Assembly (NCBI GenBank): GCA_951406725.2
Contig: OX597823.1
Span: 57,536,001 to 57,600,000, forward strand
From: Octopus vulgaris
Lineage: Eukaryota
DNA: 64,000 nucleotides
Direction of reading: 5' to 3'
Below the pieces are notes generated by a model, which was given only the letters and a program-made list of their open reading frames with translations, made no database searches and was not told the DNA's origin. The translations under genes and the position numbers were made by a program. This document shows positions 26,548 through 41,482 of the stretch, in pieces (position 1 is the stretch's first letter; each line of letters opens with the position of its first letter).

Positions 26548-27361
26548 TTTGTGTATAGAATGTATATATTCGAATATATGTACGTGTGTGTATACATATC
26601 TATATTTGTCTTTATATTTATGTCATATTTGTTCCCCAACAACTTGAAAACCGATATTGGTTTGTTTACATCACTCTAACGTATCGATTCGTAAAAACCT
26701 CGTATCGTGTATTCAAGAGCTCTTAGGTCCTTATTTGGTTGCCACATTTTCTCCTAGAGTTGGGTATATTCCAGGACTGGATACACATGTGGAACTCCTC
26801 TTTGCATAAGATTAATACAAGAATAATATAACAAAATTAATATTAGAAGAATATACAAGATGATTCTCTGTAATTACTGTACGTTTGAATATTTTCAACA
26901 ACAGCCGTGTGTGTGCCCTTCATCGGAATGATCTTGTATATGAATATTAAGTTAAAGCTGGTATGAGGTGCAGAAACCAATCTTGTGATCTACTATTAAA
27001 GCCAAAATATCCTCCATCCTCGTGTTACATGTTTATGTGTATGTCTGTATCTACATACACCCACAAACACAAACACACACACACACCATATGCATACATG
27101 TATATGTATACGTATACATACATAGATACATACATACAAACATACATATATATATATACATATATATATATAATTTCTGCAAAAGTTAAATTTGACAACT
27201 CCACTAGAGTGGACGAAAGCGCTATGGTATATGGTATATGATTTATAAAAACATGTAACATACTAATAAATATCTGTAGATATAAAACCATCCAGATTTC
27301 TAATATATAATACCTGTACATCATCTCCAAACCTTCTAATGTATATATATATATATATATG

Positions 27362-27475
27362 AAACTTATATCAAACTTAGATATGTTTCGACCAAAGATT
27401 GGTCCAGAAGGCCATGTCTAACATGATAACATCACCTGATAGGATTATCTAAATCCTTTTGAAGTCAAGTTTTGT
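27362..27475 (-). mobile_element. 3' end of the CR1-like LINE at 55808-56133
   Basis: aaacttagatatgtttcgaccaaagattggtccag..ggccatgtctaac..gataggattat..aagtcaagttttgt is the reverse complement of about 56025-56133. Confidence 0.8.
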
Positions 27476-27495
27476 GGTATATATGTGTGTGCATG

Positions 27496-27547
<52 letters not shown>

Positions 27548-27663
27548 TGGGTGTATGTGTATATGCATATATTTGCATATTTGCATATATCACAGCAGAT
27601 ATATCATGCTTATGATTATAATCGAAATGTAGTTTGATTGATTGCCAGGCCTATTCAACATAA

Positions 27664-27735
<72 letters not shown>

Positions 27736-28399
27736 ACACACTCACATACACACACACATATATATATGAACACGTATATACAAAACGAAGAGCATGCTTT
27801 TCCTAATAGTTCAAACTAATAGATATAATAGTGCCATCCCCCATCATGTACAAAAAAATGGTACACTAAATCTAACAACAAACTTTAACAAGGCATTGCT
27901 CATGCTGGAGCGCTTTCAGTCATACGAATGAAGGTTCAATTGTAGCGTTTCACTTTACAGAATATACTTGTATCTCAGTTTCTCTGTGTACACGCGCGCG
28001 CACCCCCCGCCCACACACACACTTTCACCCACACATACACCCCCCCACACACACACACACCCAGACACTAACACATGTAGTACTATGTAATTCGCTTGTG
28101 TATATATTACACACAAACACATACATATGTATACATATATATACACACATATACATACCACTCTGTCCTCCTTTTTCTCTGTATGTATGTATATATATAT
28201 AGATATACATACATATGTGTGTGTGTGTGTGTGCTTTGGTATGTGTGCGTGTGTGTGTGTAAATACCTTTCTATATCTCCTGTATTTAGACACACACACA
28301 CACACTCACTCACACTATCACTTTAACCCCCATCTCTCTTTCTCTCTCTTCATATATATATATATATCAGATAAAACTTATTTGGAAGTCGATATGTGG

Positions 28400-28475
<76 letters not shown>

Positions 28476-28715
28476 ATGCCTGTATGTAGTACTAGCCCCT
28501 CTGTATGACTACGCATATTTGCTATAAGCAAAATCCCAATTTGATGGCGTATATAGGCTGTGCTAACGAGAAGATTTATGTATAAAGATTTATATAACCA
28601 TACACAGAACGCTAGACAGAAGCTGATACATATATATTCATTGATTTATTGCCCGATTAATTGATTTGTAGATAAATGGAAAAACTGTTGTATAACTAGG
28701 TATCTAAATGTATGT

Positions 28716-29210
<495 letters not shown>

Positions 29211-29229
29211 TTATATAAATATATATATA

Positions 29230-29640
29230 TCTGTTATCTTTTAATTGTTGCAGTCATTAGACTGCGGCCATGCATGGGCAGCACTTTGAAAAGTTTTCGT
29301 CGAATGCATCGACCGCAGTACTTTGAATATTTTTTAAAAATCCTGATACTTATTCTAGCAGCTTCTTTTACTGAAACACAAGGTTATGGACACGAAACCA
29401 CAACAGCATCGGTTGTCAAGCGGTGGAGGGCAACAAACACAGACACATACACACACACACACTCACACTCACATATATCATAAATGTCGAGATTTTTAGC
29501 TTCCATCTACCGAATCCGCTGAAAAGGCTTCAGTCGACCCTAGGCTATGGTAGAAGTCACTTGCCCAAGGGGCTATGCAGTGGGACTGAACTCGTGGTAC
29601 GTGGCTGGGAAGCAAGCGCCATAACACACAACTACACACA
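29230..29640 (-). mobile_element. SINE family A, inverted tail-to-tail with 28860-29210
   Basis: cagtcattagactgcggccatgc..cggttgtcaagcgg..cacttgcccaagg..gcagtgggactgaac. Confidence 0.8.
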
Positions 29641-29652
29641 TATATAAATACG

Positions 29653-29757
<105 letters not shown>

Positions 29758-30244
29758 CATACATATATATATTTATATGTATGTATGTATGTGTGAGTGC
29801 GTGTTTAGGTTGCGATGAATAACTTATTTATGAAGAACTCAATACACCATATAGAGCAAAAACTTTATTATAAAAAAAGTCCATGATTTAGCGTGATTCG
29901 AAGATTGAAGTGTAATCAAGTCCCTTCGTGTGTGTGAGACAGAGAGAGGAAGAGAAAGAGAAAGAAAGAGAGAGAGAGAAAAGAGAAGAGAAAAAGAGGA
30001 AGAGAAGAGAGAAATATAGTGTGTGTGTGTTTATTTTGTGTGTGTGTATTTATTTTGTGTGTGTGTGTGTTTATTGTGTGTGTGTATGTCACGTAAGCCC
30101 ACACTCACACATTTTAGTCTATGTATGTATGTATGTATGTATGTATGTGTGTATGTATGTATGTATATATGTATGTATGTAGCTATTTATCTATCAATCT
30201 AATATGAGTATATATGCGTATATTTATGTGTGCGAGCGCATGTG

Positions 30245-30305
<61 letters not shown>

Positions 30306-30427
30306 GTGTGCATATATAACTTTACTTGCTTGTGTTACATGTATCTACACATGGATATATTATATACACATCGTATTATATATTTAGGTTTTCAAATCTA
30401 ATTTACTTTTATTATTGAGCGAAGTAC

Positions 30428-30463
<36 letters not shown>

Positions 30464-30817
30464 GAGTTAACAGTCGGTTTGTTTCGTCGTCTATTAATCA
30501 TTACATATGTGCGTGTGTACGTGTTTCCGCGCTTGGTCTTGTGCATGTGTCTGTAGCACACACAACAGTACATATACAGAAACGTCACAGGCACACTTGC
30601 ATACACAGACACACGGAGCCACACACACAACCACTCACACACAAACATAGGCAGATTGAAACGCGAAGGAAGATAAAAAGATTAACAGTATAATACACTC
30701 AAATGTACTCGATAAATCAACCTCGACAAACAAATTGCTGGCACGGGTTTTAGAGGGCACATAACGAATTTAGGGGCTGAAGGCCCCACTATGTTGCTGT
30801 TCTGTATTCTATAAACA

Positions 30818-31043
30818 GTCGCAGGTGGGGCTGTTTGCTAAGAAATTTACTTCCCAGCTGCATCACATAGGCCTCAGTTCAGTCGTGTTAGGTGGCACCT
30901 TGGGCGAGTGCCTTTTACTATACCTCCAGGCCGACCAAACCCTTGCGATTAGATTTGGTGGACAGAAATTGAAAGAAGCCCTACGTTCACAGACACAGAC
31001 GGACAGACAGGCATACACACACACAGACGTACGCACTTAGACA

Positions 31044-31134
<91 letters not shown>

Positions 31135-31253
31135 TGTATTGCTCCAGTCATCAGAACCTCCTGAAAGGGTCTAGTGGAACGAATGGAACCCAGTACATTA
31201 AAAAAAAATTCTGGTACCCATTCTTTCGGTCTCATATATACATACGTGTATGA

Positions 31254-31284
<31 letters not shown>

Positions 31285-31490
31285 TGTATTTCACTCTCTC
31301 TCTTTCTTTCTCTCTCTGTCGACATATGTGTCGGTGTGTGTGTGTGTATGTGTGTGTCTCCGACCACCATTTCACAACCGGTGTTGGTGTGTCTGCGTTT
31401 CCTTATCTTAGCAGTTCCGCAAATAGACCGATAGAATAAGTACCAGGCTTAGATGAAGTAAACGCTGAGGTTGATTCTTAAAACGAAACA
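30818..31490 (+). mobile_element. SINE family A (diverged, expanded internal microsatellite)
   Basis: ggcaccttgggcgagtg..gaaattgaaagaagccc; body resumes with caaccggtgttggtgtgt..gaccgatagaataagtaccaggctt. Confidence 0.65.
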
Positions 31491-32087
31491 GGTATATAGG
31501 AGCAAACTGGATATGGACGAGCTACCACAATAGCACGCAACGCAGTTATTCAACCTGCTAGAAACAACAGCCACATTTTGTGGTATTGTCTTTGAATAGA
31601 AGCAGCGCACTGCACAATATTGTTGTAAGAATAGGGGCTAGTTACGACTAAAATGCATGAATCGTGACTGAGTCAAAAGCTCAATTCAACAGAGGTGTCA
31701 TTAGAATGGCTCAAACTACGCTGCCCGTCGTAAGTTAACGACGTGAGTGTCTCTACCTGGTTGCCCAATCAGCAAGAAATAATAATCAGTCAGTTTCAAA
31801 CGAAATGCTACTTCTTAGAAAATGATATTTTGTGTACTGCAGTTCGTGGTACCTTGTTATTTATCAAGCTGGTCACATTTGGTAGGACTCCAGAGCGAAA
31901 TTTTGCAAGGCGAAGATGCCAGCTTTAGCACCTCAGGAGGTCGATGTGGAGGAGACCTCTCGAAGTTTAAAGAGACTGTGCAATTATTTAATTTTATTCT
32001 AAGTTTTGAGTGAAGCCTGGCAAATAACCACGCTTTCCTCCTTTCTTCTCAGGGTCCCCAACCAATGTGACAACTGAACACAACTGT

Positions 32088-32271
32088 TTCCTTCTTCTTC
32101 TTCTTCTTCTTCTTCTTCTTCTTCTTCTTCTTCTTCTTCTTCTTCTTCTTCTTCTTCTTCTTCTTCTTCTTCTTCTTCTTCTTCTTCTTCTTCTTCTTCT
32201 TCTTCTTCTTCTTCTTCTTCTTCTTCTTCTTCTTCTTCTTCTTCTTCTTCTTCTTCTTCTTCTTCTTCTTC
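32088..32271. repeat. (TTC)n microsatellite
   Basis: Near-perfect ttc run of about 180 bp. Confidence 0.97.
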
Positions 32272-32521
32272 TAACATCGCATGAAATACAATAATAATTT
32301 ATCCTACTATATATGCCTAAGGCCAGAAATTTTATAGGAGGAGATTAGTCAATTACAATCGACCCCTGTGCTCAACACGAACATATTTTATCGATGCCCA
32401 AAGGATGAAAAGCAGAAGCGACGCGGGTAAAATTTGAACTCAGAAGTAAAACTGGAAGTATTGCCACTAGGAATTATGGCCAGCGTGCATACGATTCAGC
32501 TTGGTCAGTGTTTTTTTAATA

Positions 32522-33652
32522 ATCCTTTCTAATATAGGCACAAGGTCTGAAAATTGATGGGTGGAAACCAGTCGGATTACATCGACCTCAGTGCGTAATG
32601 ACCCCGAAAGGATGAAAGGCAAAATCGACCTCGGCGGAATTTGAACTCAGAAGGTAAAGACAGACGAAATACCTATTTCTTTACTACCAACAAGGGCCTA
32701 ATCACAGTGAGGACAAACAATGAAAGGCAAACGAATTAAGTCCATTACATCGACCCCAGTGCGTAACTGGTACGTATTTAATCGACCTCGGAAGGGTGAA
32801 AGGCAAAGTTGACAAAGGCGGAATTTGAACTCAGAACGTAACAGCAGACTAAATACCTATTTCGTTACTACCCACAAGGGGCTAAACACAGTGAGGACAA
32901 ACAATGACAGACAAACGGATTAAGTCGATTACATCGACCCCAGTGCGTAACTGGTACTTATTTAATCGACCTCGAAAGGGTGAAAGGCAAAGTCGACCTC
33001 GGCGGAATTTGAACTCAGAACGTAGCGGCAGAAAAAATACCTATTTCTTTACTACCTACAAGGGGCTAAACACAGAGAGGACAAACAAGGACAGACAAAC
33101 AAGGAGAGACAAACAGATTAAGTCGATTATATCGACCCCAGTGCGTAACTGGTACTTATTTAATCGACCCCGAAAGGATGAGAGGCAAAGTCGACCTCGG
33201 CGGAATTTGAACTCAGAACGCAGCGGCGGACGAAATACCGCGAGCATTTCCCCCAGCGTGCTAACGATTCTTATTTCTCGACTGTCCACAAGAGGCTACA
33301 CACAGAGGGGACAAACAAGGAGAGACAAATGGATTATATCGAAACCAGTGTGTAACTGGTACTTATTTAATCGACCCCGAAATGATGAAAGGCAAAGTCG
33401 AACTCAGAACGTAACGGCAGGCGAAATATTTATTTCTATATTTCCCACAAAGAACTAAACATAGAGGGGACAAACAAATATACAGAAACGGATTAAAGTC
33501 GATTATATCGACCCCAGTGCGTCACTGGTACTTAATTTATAGACCCCGGAAGGATGACAAGTAAAGTCGAACTCGGCGGAATTTGAACTCAGAACGCAGC
33601 GGCAGGCGAAATACCACAAAGCATTTCGCCCGGCGTTCTAACGTTTCTGCCT
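32522..33652 (-). mobile_element. SINE family B array of about six units
   Basis: Repeated tattt..cacaaggg..gtcga..ggcggaatttgaactcagaac..aaatac units with a tail-2 unit at the 3' terminus; an older tail-2 copy lies at about 32298-32510. Confidence 0.9.
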
Positions 33653-33795
33653 ATTTGAATAGGTGAACGTAAAGACGGATTAAATGCCGCTAAACCTTTT
33701 CCTCCGGCGTACAAAACTAACGATACTATAATTGAGGAAGAAGTATACATATTTTGCCGGAGTGTACAGTACGATAAAATACACAGACACACACA

Positions 33796-33833
<38 letters not shown>

Positions 33834-33875
33834 TATACATATATTTATATTTGTATTTACATATATATGTATGTA

Positions 33876-34070
33876 TACGTGGGTATGCAAAAATTTTCTT
33901 AACTGTAAGAATATCGCGAGTTCTTTTACAGGGGCTTAGAAAAGTTAAAGGGTCGCTTCAATAAGTGTGTGAAGCTGAAAAGGGAATATGTTGAATAAAA
34001 TCATAATTTCACTGATTCTTCTGTATTTTCTTTTTACCCAAAGCCAGGAACTTTTCAGCAACCCCTCTTA
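33876..34070 (+). mobile_element. Mariner-derived MITE retaining transposase C-terminal codons
   Basis: Translates EFFYRGLEKLKGRFNKCVKLKREYVE*, the mariner transposase C-terminal pattern; right TIR aaagccaggaacttttcagcaacccctc. Confidence 0.75.
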
Positions 34071-34084
34071 CACACACACACACA

Positions 34085-34116
<32 letters not shown>

Positions 34117-34723
34117 TACATATATATATATATGGCACATATACAAACAGGCGTGCGCATGTGTGTGTGTGTGTGTGTCAGTTGTGTATCTGGAGTTAGT
34201 TTATAAATCGGAAAGTTGTCGTCTCTCAATTCCAATTTTCAGTGTAGTTGTTGTCATTAGTCAGATGACAAAACCTGGGAGTCTCTATTAAAGTTTCCCA
34301 TCACGAAATTTTAAAATAATAGGCGACCCTTCTATTTAATAATATTCAGTATATTTAATTATACATAAAGGCAAGTATCAACACACATACGGGCGCGTGA
34401 GCGTGCACACCCACACACGCATACACAGACACACATACATACGCATAAATATACACAGAATATTTCCCTGTATATATGAATGCATACATGTATGAATTCA
34501 TTTATATATATATAAATATGTGTGTGTGTGTATGACTATATATCTACATGTACGTTTACATATATATACATATATATATATAATATACATATATATATAC
34601 ATATATATGTAATATACATATATACATATATATATACGTATATATATATAATATAATATTGTCCCTGAGACAATATATATATATATGCTTATATATACGT
34701 ACACATATATATATACGTATATA

Positions 34724-34761
<38 letters not shown>

Positions 34762-34900
34762 CGTATATATATATGTGTACGTATATATAACTATATATAT
34801 ATATAGCTAAATATATATATATATGCATGTATATATATACATACGTATATATGTATATATATATATGTACATATATATATATATATGTATATATAAATAT

Positions 34901-34943
34901 AAACTTAGATAAACTTAGATATGTTTCGACCAAAGATTGGTCC

Positions 34944-34946
<3 letters not shown>
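34901..34946 (-). mobile_element. Extreme 3' end of the CR1-like LINE at 55808, within (TA)n
   Basis: aaacttagataaacttagatatgtttcgaccaaagattggtccag. Confidence 0.75.
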
Positions 34947-35008
<62 letters not shown>

Positions 35009-35339
35009 CATACATATATACATATATATTGATACACACGCGCGCATTCATGTATGCGCACATACACACATATAGTCGTATGTCTAAGATAACTAGATGT
35101 AATACATGCATGCAATACAATAGCTATACACATGCAACTGCATATCTATATGTATATTCAAACATATACACTCATACACACGCGCACACACAGATATATA
35201 TACAAGTGCAGGAAATAAGAATGTCAAAATAAACGTATTCAAGAACGTGTACTGAGTTGTTTTAAGTTTTTCCGCGTAAATATCATCACAAATACATAAA
35301 TGCATTTTCATACACACACACACATACACCCGTGCGTGC

Positions 35340-35393
<54 letters not shown>

Positions 35394-35552
35394 GTAGGAG
35401 TGGCTGTGTTGTAAGTAGCTTGCTTACCAACCATATGGTTCCGCGTTCATTCCCACTGTGTGGCAGCTTGGGCAAGTGTCTTCTACTTTAGCCTCGGGCT
35501 GACCAAAGCCTTGTGAGTAGATTTGGTAGACGGAAACTGAAAGAAGCCCGTC

Positions 35553-35598
<46 letters not shown>

Positions 35599-35852
35599 AT
35601 ATAAATATATATGCGTGCGTGTGTGTATGTTTGTGTGTCTGTGTTTGTCCCCCAGCATCGCTTGACAACCGATGCTGGTGTATTTACGTCCCCATAACTT
35701 AGCGGTTCGGCAAAATAGACCGATAGAATATGTACTAGGCTTACAAAGAATGAGTCCTGGGGTTCGCTTTGTGCGACTAAAGGCGGTGCTCCAGCATGGC
35801 CACAGTCAAATAAATGACTGAAACAAGTAAAAGATTAAAAGAGTAGAAGAGT
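35394..35852 (+). mobile_element. SINE family A, full length
   Basis: tRNA-like head (tggctgtgttgtaag..gttcattccc), ttgggcaagtgtctt, internal (TA)n(TG)n, body, tail ggcggtgctccagcatggccacagtca..tgactgaaacaagtaaaaga with (taaaagag)-like repeats. Confidence 0.92.
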
Positions 35853-35977
35853 ATATCTGTGGATGTACACATATTTGTATGTGTCAATACACACAAATGA
35901 AAAAAATTATATAGGATAAATTGATATATATATATACTTATATCTGTATATGAATATATGTATGTATGTACACACAC

Positions 35978-36014
<37 letters not shown>

Positions 36015-36090
36015 TGTATAAATAATTCTTCATTGGAACTTCTTGAAGAAGTTGCATTATCAATACCAACGTCTAAATCTCTCTCTCTTT

Positions 36091-36160
<70 letters not shown>

Positions 36161-36163
36161 GCC

Positions 36164-36213
<50 letters not shown>

Positions 36214-36877
36214 CGTATGAGAGCGTTTGCGTGTGTGTCTGTGTCTGTGTGTTTGAGTCGCTTTATGTATATGTATATATATGCAGGTATGTGTTATATA
36301 CTTACATATAACAGCGTGCAATCAATTTGTCGCGTCGTTAGTCAATATATACGCATCTGTCAGCCTGGCTCAGCTACCTCCCTCTCTTTCTCTTCTGTCT
36401 CTCTATTTTTTTTTGTCACTGTCTCGCATTCTAAGTCGTCTCTTCATTTTCACAGAATTTGGGCGCACATCATGATATCCGTGGTTAGCGTGTCTAAACG
36501 CCGCTGTTTCTTCGCTTCATAATTTTTTACTTGTCATATTTCCCCATTGTTGTCTTTAAATATAGTGTAATTACGAATGTATATATTGAAATATGAAGAA
36601 AAACATTATTTTTCTAAAAGAGTTACACAATCGAATCCAATGATTCGTAGTTGGATTTCTGGTGTGCGGTGTGCCAAGGGCCCTAAACAAAGTGCGACAC
36701 ATACGCACACGACTGACAGGTACCCTTGGCTTCATAGTCACCACCCTGGGGTATATATGACTGTATTAAATGTATGTTTATATACACTGGCTCAGATACA
36801 CACACAAACCTATGAAACACGAAAACACCCTCGTATCACAGACATACATTCGCAAACACGCTAACACACACGAACAC

Positions 36878-36921
<44 letters not shown>

Positions 36922-36954
36922 GATATATATTTGCATATATATACACACACACAC

Positions 36955-37010
<56 letters not shown>

Positions 37011-37092
37011 GATATATATTTGCATATATATATACACACATATATACGAATGTACATATACAGGTATATGCATAATCGTGTATGTATAAATT

Positions 37093-37315
37093 TACGAAGG
37101 GGTGCTGAAAAGAATCCTGGCTTTGAGTAAACGTAAATACAGGACGAAAAGTTAATTGAGATTTTATTCAACACAGTCCTCACTCACATCCACATACTTA
37201 TTGCAGCGGTCCTTCAGTTCTTCTAAGCCCTGTAAAAGAACTTGAAAGATTGGGTCTCCAAAACAGGCCTCTCACGATATCCTGAAAGACAGGAAATTTT
37301 CAACACCCCCTCATA
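37093..37315 (-). mobile_element. Mariner-derived MITE (same family as 33876-34070)
   Basis: TIRs tacgaaggggtgctgaaaagaatcctggcttt and aaagacaggaaattttcaacaccccctcata, TA at both ends; interior is the reverse complement of the 33876 copy. Confidence 0.85.
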
Positions 37316-37353
37316 TATGTAATGAACGTACATCATCTAAATATGTGTGTATG

Positions 37354-37384
<31 letters not shown>

Positions 37385-38520
37385 ACACATACACACACAC
37401 ACGCATACACACATACACACACATATAAACTATGTGCATTTAGATATGTGTATATACACACGCTCGCACATACACACACACACACACTCAGGCAGTAGCA
37501 CACACATACACACACACACTCAATAAATAGGTGCTAGAGATGACTAAATCTGTTATCCAGGTGCACGTTCAAATCCCACCGGGTTACATTTTAGTTTTCA
37601 GTTTACAAAGGTCGAAAACGTAATTACCAGTTAAAATATTGGAGTCTCTCCAGCCTGATGTCCTCTCCCTTGACAGAAGCATGCCGCTGTGCGTATATAT
37701 ATATATATATGTTCGAGTACGTTATGTATGCATATACGTATCCATGTATGGGTGAATGTATGTATGTGTGTGTGCTCGTGTATATTTGCATCGACATATA
37801 TAGACATTCATTTTTATATGGTTATATGGATTTGTATATGTATATATATATATATATGTATATAAATACGTATGTATATACATATGAATGTATATATAGA
37901 TCTATGTATATACATACATCTATATATATACATACAGACATATATGCATTTATGCATACATGTTTATATATATTTATATATACATACATATAGATATACC
38001 TATCTGTCTATCTATCTGTCTCTGTATAAAAGCTTATACACTATAATGCATACACACACTCATATATATATATATATATATATACGTATATACGTATATA
38101 TATATATGTGTGTGTGTATGTATATGGGTATGTATGTATGTATATATATATATATGTATACATAGACACAGAGACATATATATGTATATATATACACACA
38201 CACGCACACACATACACATTTAGACATATTTATATACACATACACATCCATACATATATTTATATGCATACATGTGTGTATGTGAGTGCGTATATATGTA
38301 TATATATGAATATAAATACATACACACACACACACATATATATGCATATATACATGCATGTAAACGCGCACACACGTTGTTTCGTGGTAGATAGACATAC
38401 TTAGAGACATAAACGTGCATACACACGCATACAAGGACACACACACGAAGACCGAAGGAAAATGACAGATGTAGATAGGAAAATAAGTATTTATCCGTAT
38501 AGTTGGTGTATGTGTTCTTA

Positions 38521-38900
38521 TATACTCTTTTACTCTTTTACTTGTTTCAGTCATTTGACTGCGGCCATGCTGGAGCACCGCCTTTAAGCAGACAACTCGA
38601 CCCCGGGACTTATTCTATCGGTCTCTTTTGCCGAACCGCAAAGTAACGGGGACATAAACACACCAGCATCGGTTGTCAAGCAATGCTAGGGGGACAAACA
38701 CACACATGCATATATATATATATATATACATATATACGACGGGCTTCCTTCAGTTTCCGTCTACCAAATCCACTCACAAGGCTTTGGTCGGCCCGAGGCT
38801 ATAGTAGAAGACACTTGCCCAAGGTGCCACGCAGTGGGACTGAACCCGGAACCATGTGGTTGGTAAACAAGCTACTTACCACACAGCCACTCCTGCACCT
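38521..38900 (-). mobile_element. SINE family A, full length (young)
   Basis: tactcttttactcttttacttgtttcagtcatttgactgcggccatgctggagcaccgcc..accacacagccactcctgcacc. Confidence 0.93.
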
Positions 38901-39064
38901 ATATGTATATATATGCCTGTGTGTGTGCGCGCGCGTGTATGTATATATCTATATAATGCTTGTGTGTCTATGTAAGTATGTATGTATATGTGTGTGGGGG
39001 GAATGACCTAAACTACATAACTTTTTATAGTTGTGCTTTTGAATGTATATATATATATATGTAG

Positions 39065-39147
<83 letters not shown>

Positions 39148-39442
39148 ACAACTTCCACATAGGTACATATCTAGATAGATTCTAAGATAACTAAGATAGA
39201 TCAATAATGGGTTTGTGGTAAAAAAAGAAAAGAAAAAAGGAGGCTCGTTTCGCAAGCAAATTGCTTGCAGAATTGAACTCACAGAGCTAGAGTTTCGCCA
39301 AGTGTCTTCAACTCACACTTTTGGTTGAGTTATTGCACATTTCTTGTGAGTGGAATTTAGCAGCAAGAGAGTTCGCAGACGACATGCATACCGTGTTTTT
39401 TTTTTTCTGTTATCTTACTTTTTACATTTATTAGACCTCGTC

Positions 39443-39490
<48 letters not shown>

Positions 39491-39714
39491 TACACACACA
39501 GACACACACATATATATATATATTATTTCATTTGTTTTAGTGTTTTGAATACGGCCAAACTGGGCATCGCTTTACAGTTTTTAGTCGAACAAATCGACCC
39601 TAGGACTTATTCTTTGTAAGCTTAGTACATATTCTATGGGTTTGTCTTTTGCCGAACTGGTAAGTTGCAGGATGTAAATACACCAGCAACGATATATTTG
39701 TATGTATGTATATG

Positions 39715-39778
<64 letters not shown>

Positions 39779-39936
39779 GTAGAAAAATACAACATGGACA
39801 AGAACGTATAACTCTTAGAAGACGACACAATAAACACGGACAGGACATTCGAAACCCTCAGTCTTCAGTCAAGAACCGGATCATCGTAGTAATTTCGGCT
39901 GATTAATCTATATATATATATATACATATATGCTTG

Positions 39937-40160
39937 TATCACGGTATCACGTGATCGAGCTGGGTGTCGAATGTTGTTATACATCGCTGGTCACAATGCA
40001 ATTCTGTCGCAAGTTTTCCCATTGATAGCTGAGTGGACTGAGGCGACATGAAATGAAGTGTTTTGCTCAAGAACACAACATGCAGCCAGTTTGAGAATTG
40101 AAACCGCTATTTCACAATCGTGAGTGCAACACCGGTAATTACTCGGCACGCGCCTTCACA
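39937..40160 (-). mobile_element. SINE family C variant
   Basis: agctgagtggactg..gaaatgaagtgttttgctcaagaacacaac..gcacgcgccttcac. Confidence 0.65.
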
Positions 40161-40940
40161 TGTATGTATGTATGTATGCACGTATGTATGTATGTATGTA
40201 TGTATGTATGTATGTATGTATGTATGTATGTATGTATGTATGTATGTATGTATGTATGTATATGTTTGTGTATATATAGATATATATATATATATATTCA
40301 CACGCACATATGCATATATATATATATTTGGCTGCGTGGTGAAAAGTTTCCATCCTTACCACTTGGTCTCGGGTTCGATATCACTGCGTGGATACCGTCA
40401 GATGACATTAGTTCCTCCAGGCCAAAGCTCCATTCACTTTGGTGAGTGGGAAAAACGCCGCCTTGGTGTTGTTAGCATACAAAACACATACACACACAGA
40501 CATACACGCATACATGTAAAATTAAAACAGTGAGTGCTTGTATGTGTGTGGTTGTGTTTATGTGTTTATGCAAACAGGTGCTGCTTTTGTATTGTACAAA
40601 TTTGAGATGCAACACATTGAATTTTTAGGCATCACGCTGAAATATCTACAAAGTTCGTTATGACTGAATAAACCCTTAAATGTGAAGTCTTAATATTGGT
40701 GCGGTGCCTTAGCTAAAACCAGTGCAGGTGTAAAAGTTAAAATGCAGGAAGACAGAGATATGGTCAGATAGACTAGAAACACACGGTTACATACATACAT
40801 ACATGTACACACACATTTATGTGTGTATTATGTATGACGTATATATATATATATATATTATTTAAAACGGTTTTATTCGGCTCATCTGACTTAAGTTTCG
40901 CACGCCTCTCACAGAAGCACTTCTTTTTCGGGCTTTATAT

Positions 40941-40981
<41 letters not shown>

Positions 40982-41096
40982 CTTATATGCATATGTGTGT
41001 GTGCCTGTATGTATATATGTGTGCGTGTGTTTATATATGTATATCTATGTGTACGCATATATGTAAGTATGCGTGTGTGTATTTATATATATTTTT

Positions 41097-41482
41097 GTCT
41101 TTTACTTGTTTCTGTTTTTGGAGTACGGTCATGAATGTAGAGTACTGCATTGAATGGTTTATTTGAACAGATTGACTTTAGTTCTTACTGTTTAGTTATG
41201 GTGATATAAATAAACCAACACCGGTCGAGAAGCCATGGTACGAGCTGACAACCCCATATGCGAATACAGACACACACATGTACATATCCATCAGTTCATA
41301 AATACATATATATGTATATATACATACATACGACGGTCTTCTTTCAGTTTCCGTCTACCAAATCCACTCGCAAGGCTTTGGTCGGTCCGAGGCTATACTA
41401 GAAGACACTTGCCCAAGGTGCCACGCATGTGGAACCATGTGGTTGGTAAGCAAGCTACTTACCAGACAGCCGTCCTGCGCCT
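41097..41482 (-). mobile_element. SINE family A
   Basis: ctttcagtttccgtctaccaaatccactcgcaaggctttggtcggtccgaggctatactagaagacacttgcccaagg. Confidence 0.8.

Noticed and set aside
32904-33458. ORF with repeated RNWYLFNRPRKDERQSRPRRNLNSER, seen at many loci
   Set aside because: Antisense read-through of SINE B, not a protein family.
32522-33652. Regularly spaced repeats superficially like a CRISPR array
   Set aside because: Units are ~185 bp homologous along their whole length with no unique spacers; eukaryotic context, no cas genes.
39840-39905. Hammerhead candidate (minus-strand CUGAAGA)
   Set aside because: Followed by GAAU rather than GAAA, and the stems do not pair.
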